Below are positions 10,134 through 19,711 of a DNA stretch of 64,000 bases, piece after piece. Within the stretch, counting starts at the first letter, position 1. Each line of letters begins with the position of its first letter. Below the pieces are notes generated by a model that was not told the DNA's origin, ran no database searches, and saw only the letters and a list, made by a program, of their open reading frames with translations. Position numbers and translations under genes: made by a program. Source of the DNA: an uncultured Acidobacteriota bacterium (GTDB taxonomy: Bacteria; Acidobacteriota; Blastocatellia; RBC074); assembly GCA_963796275.1 (NCBI GenBank), contig CAWCKY010000006.1, forward strand, positions 2,400,001 to 2,464,000. The letters run 5' to 3'.

Positions 10134-11626
10134 AAAGAATGGCACGTGCCCGTTTTATGATTTACGCGTTGCTGCTCGGCGTGGGAATCGTTGGATGGGC
10201 GACGCCGACTGGCTCTGCGCAGGCGCCCGCGGCCCGTCCGAATGTCGTCCTTATCATCGCCGATGATCTGGCCTGGGATGACATCGGCGCCTACGGCAAT
10301 AAAAAGATTCGCACGCCCAATATTGATCGGTTGGCGCGCGAAGGGCTGAAATTTACCAGCGCCTTCGTCACGATCTCGTCGTGCAGTCCCAGCCGGTCGA
10401 GTCTCATCACCGGGCGCTACCCGCACAACACCGACGCCGAGCAACTGCACTGGCCGTTGCCGGCCGAACAGGTGACGTTTGTGGAGAAACTCAGAGCCGC
10501 GGGTTATTGGACGGCCGCGTCGGGAAAATGGCATTTGGGCGATTATGTCCGCGATCGCTTCGATCTGGTGGATGATCCCGGTGAAGCCGGATTTCAGACC
10601 GATGCGAAAACCGGAAGGATGCTGGCCAAAGATGACAGCGGCGCCGCAGGCTGGCTGCCCACGATGCGGCGGCGACCGAGAGACAAGCCGTTTTTCCTGT
10701 GGTTTGCCGCGCTCGACCCGCATCGCGATTATGTCGAAAACAGCATTCCCAAACCGAATCGCCCGGCGGACGTGATTGTCCCGCCCTATCTGCCGGACAC
10801 GCTCGAAGTCCGAAAAGAACTAGCGCTTTACTACGACGAAATCACGCGCCTCGATAATTACGTTGGGAAAGTCATTGCTGAGCTCGAACAACAGGGAGTG
10901 GCCGATAACACGCTGGTCTTGTTTATAAGCGATAATGGCAGACCGTTTCCGCGCGCGAAAACATCGCTGTACGAAAGCGGGATCAAAACGCCCTTGATAG
11001 CGCGCTGGCCCAAGAAGATTGGGCGCGGCGGTGTGGCCGATGGCCTGGTCAGCAGCGTCGACATCGCGCCGACGATTCTACAACTGGCTGGGGTACCGAT
11101 TCCACCGACCGTGCAAGGCAAAAGCTTCGCGGCGATCCTGAATGACCCGAAAGCGACGACACGCGACGCGATCTACGCTGAGAAGAACTGGCACGATTAC
11201 GAAGATCGGGCGCGTGCTGTTCGCACAGCTCGCTATAAATACATACGCAATGATTATCCCGATCTACCGCTGACGACTTCGGCTGATTCGGGACGCAGCC
11301 CGACGATGGACGCTATTCGCCGTCTGCGCGGTGAGGGCAGGCTGACGCAGGAACAATCCCGCATCTTCCAGACGCCCCGCCCGCCGGAGGAGCTTTACGA
11401 CGTCATCGCCGACCCGCACGAGTTTAAAAATCTGGCGGAGGACCCGCGCCACGCGCAAACGCTCGCCGAACTGCGTGAGAAACTGAATCAATGGGGGCGC
11501 GAAACCGATGACCGCATGCCTGCCAAGCGTACGCCGGATGAATTTGACCGGGAGACCGGGCAGCCATTGCCGACTCGGCGCCGCCCGCGTCCTGGCAAAC
11601 TGGAAATGTATTCGGCCCCCAAATAA
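10130..11626 (+). CDS. Sulfatase (S1, N-sulfoglucosamine sulfohydrolase-like)
   Basis: ATG 10130 overlaps the previous stop (ATGA). PNVVLIIADD, CSPSR, GKWH, DPHR, SDNGRPFPRAK. Confidence 0.95.
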   Translation: MKRMARARFMIYALLLGVGIVGWATPTGSAQAPAARPNVVLIIADDLAWDDIGAYGNKKIRTPNIDRLAREGLKFTSAFVTISSCSPSRSSLITGRYPHNTDAEQLHWPLPAEQVTFVEKLRAAGYWTAASGKWHLGDYVRDRFDLVDDPGEAGFQTDAKTGRMLAKDDSGAAGWLPTMRRRPRDKPFFLWFAALDPHRDYVENSIPKPNRPADVIVPPYLPDTLEVRKELALYYDEITRLDNYVGKVIAELEQQGVADNTLVLFISDNGRPFPRAKTSLYESGIKTPLIARWPKKIGRGGVADGLVSSVDIAPTILQLAGVPIPPTVQGKSFAAILNDPKATTRDAIYAEKNWHDYEDRARAVRTARYKYIRNDYPDLPLTTSADSGRSPTMDAIRRLRGEGRLTQEQSRIFQTPRPPEELYDVIADPHEFKNLAEDPRHAQTLAELREKLNQWGRETDDRMPAKRTPDEFDRETGQPLPTRRRPRPGKLEMYSAPK

Positions 11627-11737
11627 TTCGAATGACACGGCAGTTCGTGTTGAAAGTATTCAATCAGACTGAAGTTCCGCCCGGGATGGGACCCGGGATG
11701 GTACATAAATTGAAACTTCGATGAAGGAGACCGAAAA

Positions 11738-12019
11738 ATGTTGGTAGTCGCAGTTCTCTATGAAATCAAACCTGAGTACCGTGAAGCCTTCCGCGACGCG
11801 ATCTTGAAGAATGCCGCCTCGAGTCTGCGGGACGAACCGGAATGCCATCGCTTTGACGTTAGCTTTTCGCCCGATGGGTTGCGGTGCTTTCTGTATGAAC
11901 TTTATACCGACGAAGTGGCGTTCGATTACCACCGGCGAACGAAACACTTCGCCGAATTCAACCAGGTTGGGCAGGAGGCGGCGGTGGGCAAGCGCTTTGA
12001 GACGTTTGCGCTGAGCTGA
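11738..12019 (+). CDS. Antibiotic-biosynthesis-monooxygenase/LsrG-like ferredoxin-fold protein
   Basis: 93 aa, AAGGAG RBS. Pattern 'IKPEYREAF...EPECHRFDV...FLYELY.DE.AF..H..T.HF'. Confidence 0.85.
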   Translation: MLVVAVLYEIKPEYREAFRDAILKNAASSLRDEPECHRFDVSFSPDGLRCFLYELYTDEVAFDYHRRTKHFAEFNQVGQEAAVGKRFETFALS

Positions 12020-12108
12020 GATCGGCTGTGGCCAAACAGATTTTATCGGCTATACATATTTCACCTGAATCCAGGCGTGACTGAGGAGGTCGGTGTATCA
12101 TTCGCGGC

Positions 12109-12253
12109 CAGATGCCGGAAGAGTGGCGACTAGGGACAACTGCGTCGGGTGGCGATTGCACGACGGAGTATGCGTTGATGCGACTTTTTATCCGGGAAGC
12201 TGACCACGCCGTGACGGTGGAGCATATCGCAGCGACGCCGCGGTTGCTTTGAT
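12109..12253 (+). pseudogene. Possible relic of an OmpR-type winged-helix effector domain
   Basis: Two frames join as PDAGRVATRD..RL / TTEYALMRLFIREADHAVTVEHI. This resembles the OmpR C-terminal 'LTxTEFxLLxLF...VVTxEQI' pattern. Frameshift and stop present. Confidence 0.4.
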
Positions 12254-12405
12254 TGAACGGAGGCAATCTCAGAGACCGTAAGCGCGAGTCAAGAGAGCGA
12301 TGAGTCCCGCATGGAGAATGGGGATTTGAGGCTTTCGCACCTGACGCACGACTTGCTGATGTTTGACGGCCGGGCTAAAGCCGGCTGATACGCTGAATAA
12401 CGCTA

Positions 12406-12433
12406 TAGCCAGGACGATCAATGGCTGTATAAT
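12406..12433 (+). promoter_or_regulatory. Candidate sigma70 promoter for the DUF1553/DUF1501 operon
   Basis: TAGCCA-16 nt-TATAAT (TG just upstream), about 40 bp before ATG 12473. Confidence 0.4.
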
Positions 12434-12472
12434 CCGCAACAATAATTCCGATTCAATTTCTGTGAGTGTGAT

Positions 12473-15400
12473 ATGAGACTGCTGAAACTGTGCGTGAGTC
12501 TGCTGTTGCTCGCTTTCGTGATTTGTGCGGTTGGGGGTGCGCCGCGCCTGACCGCGGGGGCGGCGCAAGACGTTCGATTTAACCGGGACATCCGCCCGTT
12601 GCTGTCAAACCGCTGTTTTTATTGTCATGGGCCGGATGAGAAGAACCGCAAGGCGGGATTACGGCTCGACACCTTCGAAGGCGCTACGAAAGATCGCGGC
12701 GGGTATCGTGCCATCGCGCCGGGCAAGCCGGACGAAAGCGAGCTGTTGCGCCGCGTCACAGCGCACGACGCCGGCGAGGTGATGCCGCCGCCACGGGCGA
12801 AGAAACCCGCCGTCACGCCGCAGGAAGCCGAGTTGCTGCGACGCTGGATAGCGCAGGGTGCGAAATACGAGGGGCACTGGGCCTTTCAACCGCTCGCTAC
12901 CGCTGAACCCCCGGTAGTGAAAGACAAGCAATGGGCGCGCAATGAAATTGATCGTTTCATTCTGGCGCGGCTGGAAGGTGAAGGTATTGCCCCCTCGCCC
13001 GAAGCCGACCCTCGCACGCTCATCCGACGATTGTCCCTGGATCTGATCGGTCTGACGCCGCAGCCGGAGGAGGTCGAGGCTTTTGTTAAAGCATACAGTA
13101 AAGCCAGTGGGCGCGACCGGGAGGCGATTTATAACGCGCTCGTCGAACGATTGCTCGGTAGCCCGCATTACGGAGAACGCTGGGGCCGCCACTGGCTCGA
13201 CCAGGCACGCTATGCCGATTCGAACGGCTATACGATTGACGGCGAGCGAGTGATGTGGCCGTACCGCGATTGGGTGATCAACGCGCTTAATGACGACCTG
13301 CCGTTTGACCGCTTCACCATCGAACAGCTTGCCGGCGACCTGTTGCATAACCCTACAAAATCGCAACTCGTGGCGACCGGATTTCACCGCAACACGTTTA
13401 TCAACGAAGAAGGCGGCGTAGACCGCGAACAGGCGCGCGTCGAGCAGGTGATGGATCGCGTCAACACGACAGGCGCGGTCTGGCTGGGGTTGACGGTGGG
13501 TTGCGCGCAATGCCACACGCACAAGTTCGATCCGATTCCACACAAAGAATATTACCAACTCTTCGCCTTCTTCAATTCGACCGCCGACGTGAACAATGTC
13601 GGCCCCACTGTGATGGTCAAGCGCGGCGAACTGTTCGGCAAGCCAGATGGGGAAGACGCGCTCGCCCAGAGAGAATTGCAGCAGGAGGCGTGGGAGCGGA
13701 CTGAGATATCCCGATTGGAGGCAAGCCCGCGTGTAAAATCAACGGCCTCCGCCGTCGAATGGATTCCGCTCGACATCATCGAATTCGACACCGAGGCAAA
13801 CGGCGCGTTGAAAATGCTCGAAGATCGTTCTCTGCTCATCGCTTCGCCCGCATCGCCGAACGACGCGTATCGCGTGCTGGGCCGCATCCCATCGCCGCGC
13901 GTCGCCGCCGTGCGCTTGCGCGTCTTGCCGCACGAAGCGTTGCCGAAGAACGGGCCGGGGCTGGCGGCCGACGGCGCCTTCGTTCTTTCGGAATTCATGT
14001 GCGAAACGGAAGGTTCGGGTCAGAGATTTGCCGACGCTTTCGCCGACCACGAACAGAGCGGCTATGCAGCGCGCGCGGCTATTGACAATGATCGCCGTAC
14101 AGGCTGGGCCGTCAATGTGGCCAAAGACGAAGCCGCTGTACGGATGAATGCACCGCACGAAGTCATCTTCACTTTTGCGCGGCCGCGTGAGTTCGCCAGT
14201 CGCAACTTACAATTCACCCTCAGGCACGATGCCAACGCCGGGTATGCCATAGGGTGCTTTGCTATCGAAGTCGCCGCTGAATCGCCGCGCGATGAACGTG
14301 CGGTAGCGTTGCTGGCCGCGCTCAAAACACCCGCCTCGACGCGAACGCCGGAACAGCGCGCGCAGGTCGACGCAGCCCTCGCTTCAGCGCGCACGACCAG
14401 GGGGATGACGGCGGGCAATCCTGCGTTTGCGATGGTGATGAGGGATATCATGGAGCCGCGTGAGACCTTTCTGTTCACGCGCGGCGACTTCACGCGTCCT
14501 GATAAAACGCTCGGCCGGCTCGAACCCGGCGTACTCAGCGCGGTCGCGCCCTCTCTGGCGCAAAGCCAGCCGGAATCCGGCGCGCGTCGTACGCGGCTAG
14601 ACCTGGCCAACTGGCTGGTCAACCCTGCCAATCCCTTGACGTCGCGCGTGACGATCAACCGCATCTGGATGCGTTACTTCGGACGCGGCATTGTGGAGAC
14701 CGAAGAGGATTTCGGCACGCAGGGTTCGCCTCCTACACATCCCGAATTACTCGATTGGCTGGCGAGCGAATTCTTGCGGCGCGGCTGGAGTATGAAGGCG
14801 ATGCACCGTTTGGTCGTCACCAGCGCAACCTACCGTCAATCGTCCGACGCGCGGAAGGACTTGAACGATACCGACCCGCGCAATCTGCTGCTCGCGCGGC
14901 AGGAGCGGTTGCGCGTGGAGGCGGAGATCGTCCGCGACGCTGCCCTCGGCGCCAGCGGCCTGCTCGACGCGCGCATTGGCGGAGCTGGCGTGCGTCCGCC
15001 GCAACCGGATGGCGTCTATGCTTTCACGCAGGTCAAAAAGAACTGGGTGGCGGCTGCTGGCGGAGATCGGTTCCGCCGTGCACTTTATACGGTCTTTTAT
15101 CGCAGCGCGCCCTATCCGCTCTTCACGACCTTCGACTCGCCCGACTTCCAGACCGTCTGCACGCGACGCCCGCGTTCGAACACGCCGCTGCAATCGCTCA
15201 CGTTGGCGAACGATCCGGCCTTTCTGGAGATAGCGCAGGGGTTGGCCGCGCGCCTAGTGCGCGATGCGCCGGGCGATTTCACGGCCACCCTTGATGCACG
15301 CCTGCGCCACGCGTTTGTATTGTGTTTCAGTCGCCCGCCCGATTCTGGGGAATTGAACGCACTGCGTGGGTATATCGATCGGCAGCTTCGCAGTTTTGAG

Positions 15401-15535
15401 GGTGAGCCTGCCGGAGCCGCGACGCTCGCCAGCCGGGAATTAAAGGCTGCTGGATTGACGGAAGCGCAAGCCGCCGCGCTCGCCGCAGCGGCCCGCGTGC
15501 TATTCAACACGGACAACTTCATCACACGAGAATAA
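12473..15535 (+). CDS. Planctomycete cytochrome c domain protein (PSCyt1 + DUF1549/PSCyt2 + DUF1553/PSD1)
   Basis: Signal peptide; CFYCH and CAQCH heme motifs; [41 protein letters not shown]. Confidence 0.93.
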   Translation: MRLLKLCVSLLLLAFVICAVGGAPRLTAGAAQDVRFNRDIRPLLSNRCFYCHGPDEKNRKAGLRLDTFEGATKDRGGYRAIAPGKPDESELLRRVTAHDAGEVMPPPRAKKPAVTPQEAELLRRWIAQGAKYEGHWAFQPLATAEPPVVKDKQWARNEIDRFILARLEGEGIAPSPEADPRTLIRRLSLDLIGLTPQPEEVEAFVKAYSKASGRDREAIYNALVERLLGSPHYGERWGRHWLDQARYADSNGYTIDGERVMWPYRDWVINALNDDLPFDRFTIEQLAGDLLHNPTKSQLVATGFHRNTFINEEGGVDREQARVEQVMDRVNTTGAVWLGLTVGCAQCHTHKFDPIPHKEYYQLFAFFNSTADVNNVGPTVMVKRGELFGKPDGEDALAQRELQQEAWERTEISRLEASPRVKSTASAVEWIPLDIIEFDTEANGALKMLEDRSLLIASPASPNDAYRVLGRIPSPRVAAVRLRVLPHEALPKNGPGLAADGAFVLSEFMCETEGSGQRFADAFADHEQSGYAARAAIDNDRRTGWAVNVAKDEAAVRMNAPHEVIFTFARPREFASRNLQFTLRHDANAGYAIGCFAIEVAAESPRDERAVALLAALKTPASTRTPEQRAQVDAALASARTTRGMTAGNPAFAMVMRDIMEPRETFLFTRGDFTRPDKTLGRLEPGVLSAVAPSLAQSQPESGARRTRLDLANWLVNPANPLTSRVTINRIWMRYFGRGIVETEEDFGTQGSPPTHPELLDWLASEFLRRGWSMKAMHRLVVTSATYRQSSDARKDLNDTDPRNLLLARQERLRVEAEIVRDAALGASGLLDARIGGAGVRPPQPDGVYAFTQVKKNWVAAAGGDRFRRALYTVFYRSAPYPLFTTFDSPDFQTVCTRRPRSNTPLQSLTLANDPAFLEIAQGLAARLVRDAPGDFTATLDARLRHAFVLCFSRPPDSGELNALRGYIDRQLRSFEGEPAGAATLASRELKAAGLTEAQAAALAAAARVLFNTDNFITRE

Positions 15536-15537
15536 CG

Positions 15538-16980
15538 ATGAATACGAACGACCTGCGGGAGATCACCCGCCGCCATTTCTTCGGGCAGTGCGCCGTGGGC
15601 CTGGGCTCCATCGCGCTCAATTGCTTGCTCGCGCACGATGGCTTGGGCGAGCCGCAGCGCCCGCAAATCGACCCGACCAATCCGATGGCCCCGCGCAAAC
15701 CACCCTCTCCAGCCAGGGCGAAGCGCGTCATCTACCTGTTTATGGCCGGCGGGCCGTCGCAACTGGAGCTCTTTGATGACAAGCCGAAGCTGCGCGAATT
15801 ACACGGACAGAAGCCGCCCGAAAGTTTGATGAAAGGCAAGCGCTTCGCCTTTCTCAAAGGCAACGAAACGTTGCTCGGCTCGAAGCGTAAATTTGAGCGC
15901 TACGGCCAGAGCGGTATGTGGTTGAGCGAATTGTTGCCGCATCATCAAAAGATCGTGGACGAGGTCTGCTGGCTGCGCGGAATGTCCACCGACGTCTTCA
16001 ACCACGGGCCGGCGAAGCTCTTTATGAATACCGGGTTTCAAGCGCCGGGCCGTCCGAGTTTTGGCGCATGGTTGACTTACGGATTGGGGAGCGAATCGGC
16101 GGATCTGCCCGGCTTCGTTGTGCTGCAAAGCGGCCCGCGCGGGCCTCGCGCCGGCGCGACATTGTGGAGCAGCGGCTTTTTGCCGACCTCGTTCCAGGGC
16201 GTACCTTTTCGCGGCAAAGGCGACCCGATCCTCAACCTGCGCAGCCCTGAGGGATTGACGCGCGAGCGGGAGCGCGATTTTTACGATACGGTGGGTGCGC
16301 TTAATCGTGCGCGCTTGGACAAAACCGGCGACCCGGAAATCCAGACGCGGATAAATGCCTACGAGATGGCGTTTCGGATGCAGACCAGTGCGCCGGAACT
16401 GATGGACTTGAGCAAGGAGTCCGCAGCCATGCTGGAGCTTTATGGTGTGAAGCCGGGCGAAGGAGGCTTTGCGGCAAATGCGTTGCTCGCGCGCAGGATG
16501 ATCGAACGCGGCGTACGTTTCGTGCAGCTATACCACACCGACTGGGATCACCACGGCGATAGGGCCAACAACCTCAGCCAGGCTATCGAATCTCGTTGCC
16601 GCGAAGTGGACAGGGCCAGCGCCGCGCTCGTGCTCGATCTCAAACAGCGCGGCTTGCTCGAAGACACGCTGATAATCTGGGGCGGCGAATTTGGGCGCAC
16701 CCCGCTCGGCGAAGTGCGCGAGACCGTGGGCCGCGACCATCACGTGGACGGCTTTACGATGTGGGTTGCCGGCGGCGGGTTCAAAGCTGGCTACGTTCAC
16801 GGGGAGACCGACGAACTAGGCTTCAGTGTAGTGGAAGGCCGAACGCACGTGCATGATCTGCACGCCACGCTGCTGCAGCAACTCGGCTTTGACCATGAAC
16901 GCCTGACCTATCGCTTCCAGGGCCGAGAGTTCCGCCTCACCGATGTCCACGGCAAGATTCTCAAGGAAGCGCTCGCCTGA
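15538..16980 (+). CDS. DUF1501 family protein (Tat-exported, alkaline phosphatase-like)
   Basis: TRRHF Tat motif; AKRVIYLFMAGGPSQ, WDHH, EFGRTP, GRDH, RLTDVHG. Confidence 0.93.
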   Translation: MNTNDLREITRRHFFGQCAVGLGSIALNCLLAHDGLGEPQRPQIDPTNPMAPRKPPSPARAKRVIYLFMAGGPSQLELFDDKPKLRELHGQKPPESLMKGKRFAFLKGNETLLGSKRKFERYGQSGMWLSELLPHHQKIVDEVCWLRGMSTDVFNHGPAKLFMNTGFQAPGRPSFGAWLTYGLGSESADLPGFVVLQSGPRGPRAGATLWSSGFLPTSFQGVPFRGKGDPILNLRSPEGLTRERERDFYDTVGALNRARLDKTGDPEIQTRINAYEMAFRMQTSAPELMDLSKESAAMLELYGVKPGEGGFAANALLARRMIERGVRFVQLYHTDWDHHGDRANNLSQAIESRCREVDRASAALVLDLKQRGLLEDTLIIWGGEFGRTPLGEVRETVGRDHHVDGFTMWVAGGGFKAGYVHGETDELGFSVVEGRTHVHDLHATLLQQLGFDHERLTYRFQGREFRLTDVHGKILKEALA

Positions 16981-17028
16981 CCGTACCAGGCGCTTCAACT
17001 AAAGAGAGAGACAGTTAGAGAGACAGCA

Positions 17029-18417
17029 ATGCAAAAAAACTGGCTAATCTGCTTGTCCCTGTGCCTGACGATTTATGTTGGCGTGACAATCACGCCAGTT
17101 TTGGGACAAACGGTGCAAAAACCGATATACAATGTGCTTTTTATCGCTGTGGATGATCTACGACCCGAACTGGGGACGTACGGTAATAAGATCATCAAGA
17201 CCCCCAATATCGACAAGCTGGCTTCATGGGGCGTGCGGTTTGACGCGGCGTATGTGCAATACCCGCTCTGCAATCCGTCGCGCGCATCTATGTTGAATGG
17301 GCGCTACCCTACCCAGACCGGGGTACTGGACAACCGCACATGGTTCGGCGCGGCGCATCCGGAGTTCATTTCGCTGCCGAAGTTTTTCAAGCAGCAAGGC
17401 TATGCGAGTTTGCGCACTGGCAAGATATTTCATGGCGGAATAGACGATACCGACGCGTGGACTGAAGGCGGCGACAAGCGCAATTTTGAAGGCGCGATGA
17501 ACACCACAGCGAGGGGGCAAAACCCGCGGAACTCCGACCGAATCGTCGCGCTCGCAGGCGACGGCGAGTCGCACGCCGATTATCGGTTCGCCACGAAGGC
17601 GATCGAGTTTCTGGAAGCATACAAAGACAAGCGTTTCCTGTTGATGTTCGGCCTGACGAAGCCGCACAGCCCGCCGACCGCGCCGAAAAAGATGATTGAT
17701 ATGTACGACGCCGCGAAGATGCCGTTACCGGTAGATTTCGCGCCGCGCCCGACGGTTCCGCCGGGCTTTCCCAAACTCTCCGTGCCGCCTCGCAGCGGTG
17801 ATCTGTTCATCGGGCGGGATGCGTCCAACGCCGAGGCGCGCGAGGTAATGCGGGCTTACTACGCCTCAATCACCTACGCTGATTACAACGTGGGCCGCGT
17901 GCTCGACGCGCTCGAACGGCTGGAGCTGCGCGAGAAGACGATCATCGTCTTCTGGGGCGATCACGGTTATCACCTGGGCGAAAAGGGCAAATGGTCGAAG
18001 CACAATTCGCTCTTTGAAGTCGGCACGCGCGTGCCGTTGATGATCGTGATGCCCGGCGCGAAGGGCAACGGCAAAGCTTCGCCGCGCGTAGTCGAAGCGG
18101 TTGACTTGTATCCGACGCTGGCTGATCTGTGCGGCCTGCCGGCGCCGAAAGGGCTGGCGGGGCAGAGCCTGAAACCGCTGCTCGATAACCCACAGGTGAA
18201 ATGGAATCAACCGGCCTATACCGTGACGAAATTCGGCGCCAACATCGGCAAGGCTGTCCGCACCGAACGCTGGCGTTATGCGGAATATGACGATGGCGGG
18301 GCAATGCTGTTCGATCGCCGGAAAGACCCGCACGAGTTGAAGAATCTGGCGAACGATCCGGCATACGCGAAGACCGTAGCCGAAATGAAGACGCTGTTGA
18401 GTCAAATGCCTAATTGA
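17029..18417 (+). CDS. Sulfatase (S1, iduronate-2-sulfatase-like)
   Basis: NVLFIAVDDLRP, CNPSR, GKIFH, KPH, GDHGYHLGEK. Confidence 0.95.
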   Translation: MQKNWLICLSLCLTIYVGVTITPVLGQTVQKPIYNVLFIAVDDLRPELGTYGNKIIKTPNIDKLASWGVRFDAAYVQYPLCNPSRASMLNGRYPTQTGVLDNRTWFGAAHPEFISLPKFFKQQGYASLRTGKIFHGGIDDTDAWTEGGDKRNFEGAMNTTARGQNPRNSDRIVALAGDGESHADYRFATKAIEFLEAYKDKRFLLMFGLTKPHSPPTAPKKMIDMYDAAKMPLPVDFAPRPTVPPGFPKLSVPPRSGDLFIGRDASNAEAREVMRAYYASITYADYNVGRVLDALERLELREKTIIVFWGDHGYHLGEKGKWSKHNSLFEVGTRVPLMIVMPGAKGNGKASPRVVEAVDLYPTLADLCGLPAPKGLAGQSLKPLLDNPQVKWNQPAYTVTKFGANIGKAVRTERWRYAEYDDGGAMLFDRRKDPHELKNLANDPAYAKTVAEMKTLLSQMPN

Positions 18418-18522
18418 TGAAGGAACGGCTTTTATTGTGAGCGATGGCGTGTCGCTCCCCACTTGCCTCATACATCGTTAAATGGGCAATTGATAACTTC
18501 CCTAATATTTGCGAGGTGAATA

Positions 18523-19698
18523 ATGAACGAGCCACAAAATGATTTTTGCGGTAACAGAGCCGTAAATCGCCGCGACTTTCTGCAAGCTAGCGCGGCCGCG
18601 CTTGCCGTTGGCGCCTTCGGTGGAAAGGCGATCGCCGCGACGGTCGAGTGGCGAAATGAGCAATCCGGGATGGCTTATCGCCGATTGGGGCGAACCGGGA
18701 TGATGATTTCCGAAATCGTATCCGGTGGTGATCCGATCAAGCTAGACAACTACGAACATCTGAATCTCGCGCTGGAGAAGGGCTTAAACTATCTGGACAT
18801 GGCGCCTTCGTACAATCAGGGGAAGTGCGAAGAGGCTTACGGCCAACTGCTCGCAGGGTCTTCGGCGAAACGCGAGAAGGTTTTTCTGACGACCAAGATA
18901 AGCAGCTTCAACCGGCTGGCCGGACAGATGTATCAGGACATCTTTAATGGCCTTCCGCAAGAGAAGAAGGATGCGATCTTGAAACGCGCCGCCGAGATGC
19001 GGCGGGAACGTGGTGTCGAAAAGCCTGGATATTTCCTGACATATTTCCCGAATCAGCAGAACGGATTCGATCTGGCTTACCTGCGCGGCGCGATGCTGAA
19101 AGATTACCGGCACAAGGTCGAAGGCAGCGGGCATTGCCGCAAATTCATCACCGAATCGCTCGAAGCCAGCCTGAAGCGAGTCGGCGTGGATTATTTCGAC
19201 ATCGCGATGTGCCCTCACGGTGCGAACTCGCCCGAAGACCTGGAATGCCCGGAAATCATCGAAACCTTTCAGCAATTGAAGAAGCAGGGGAAAGTCCGCT
19301 TCCTGGGCGTGACCTCGCACAATGACCCGGCTGGCGTGCTGCGCACGGCGACGGCCGCGGGTTATTACGACGTGGCGATGGTCGCCTACAACGTGATCAA
19401 TGGCGGTTATCTGGAAGAGGCGATTCGACAGGCAGCGGCCAAAGGCATGGGAATAATTTCGATGAAGGCCGCCCACGCCGTCGCCACGCATCACAAAGCC
19501 CTACAGCCGATCCCCGATTGGCGTGTGCAGAAGATAAATCGCGTCATCGCGGGCGATATGAAAGCGCCGATGAAAGCTTATCTGTGGGCTTTACAAAACC
19601 CCCACATCTCAGCGGTCATCTCGAATCTGTGGGATGAAACGTTCATCAAGGAGAACCTGTCGCTGGCGGGCAAGAAAGTTGAATTACAGCCGGCCTGA
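18523..19698 (+). CDS. Aldo/keto reductase with Tat-like leader
   Basis: NRRDFL; YRRLGRTG, LDMAPSY, FLTTK, SLKRVGVDYFD, GKVRFLGVTSH, ISMK. Confidence 0.9.
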   Translation: MNEPQNDFCGNRAVNRRDFLQASAAALAVGAFGGKAIAATVEWRNEQSGMAYRRLGRTGMMISEIVSGGDPIKLDNYEHLNLALEKGLNYLDMAPSYNQGKCEEAYGQLLAGSSAKREKVFLTTKISSFNRLAGQMYQDIFNGLPQEKKDAILKRAAEMRRERGVEKPGYFLTYFPNQQNGFDLAYLRGAMLKDYRHKVEGSGHCRKFITESLEASLKRVGVDYFDIAMCPHGANSPEDLECPEIIETFQQLKKQGKVRFLGVTSHNDPAGVLRTATAAGYYDVAMVAYNVINGGYLEEAIRQAAAKGMGIISMKAAHAVATHHKALQPIPDWRVQKINRVIAGDMKAPMKAYLWALQNPHISAVISNLWDETFIKENLSLAGKKVELQPA

Positions 19699-19711
19699 CA
19701 TCATTTGCACC

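Noticed and set aside
8385-10145. 586-aa minus-strand ORF and other long antisense ORFs (e.g. 52000-53268, 20726-21835, 43707-44699)
   Set aside because: Shadow ORFs opposite clear genes in GC-rich DNA, with no motifs.
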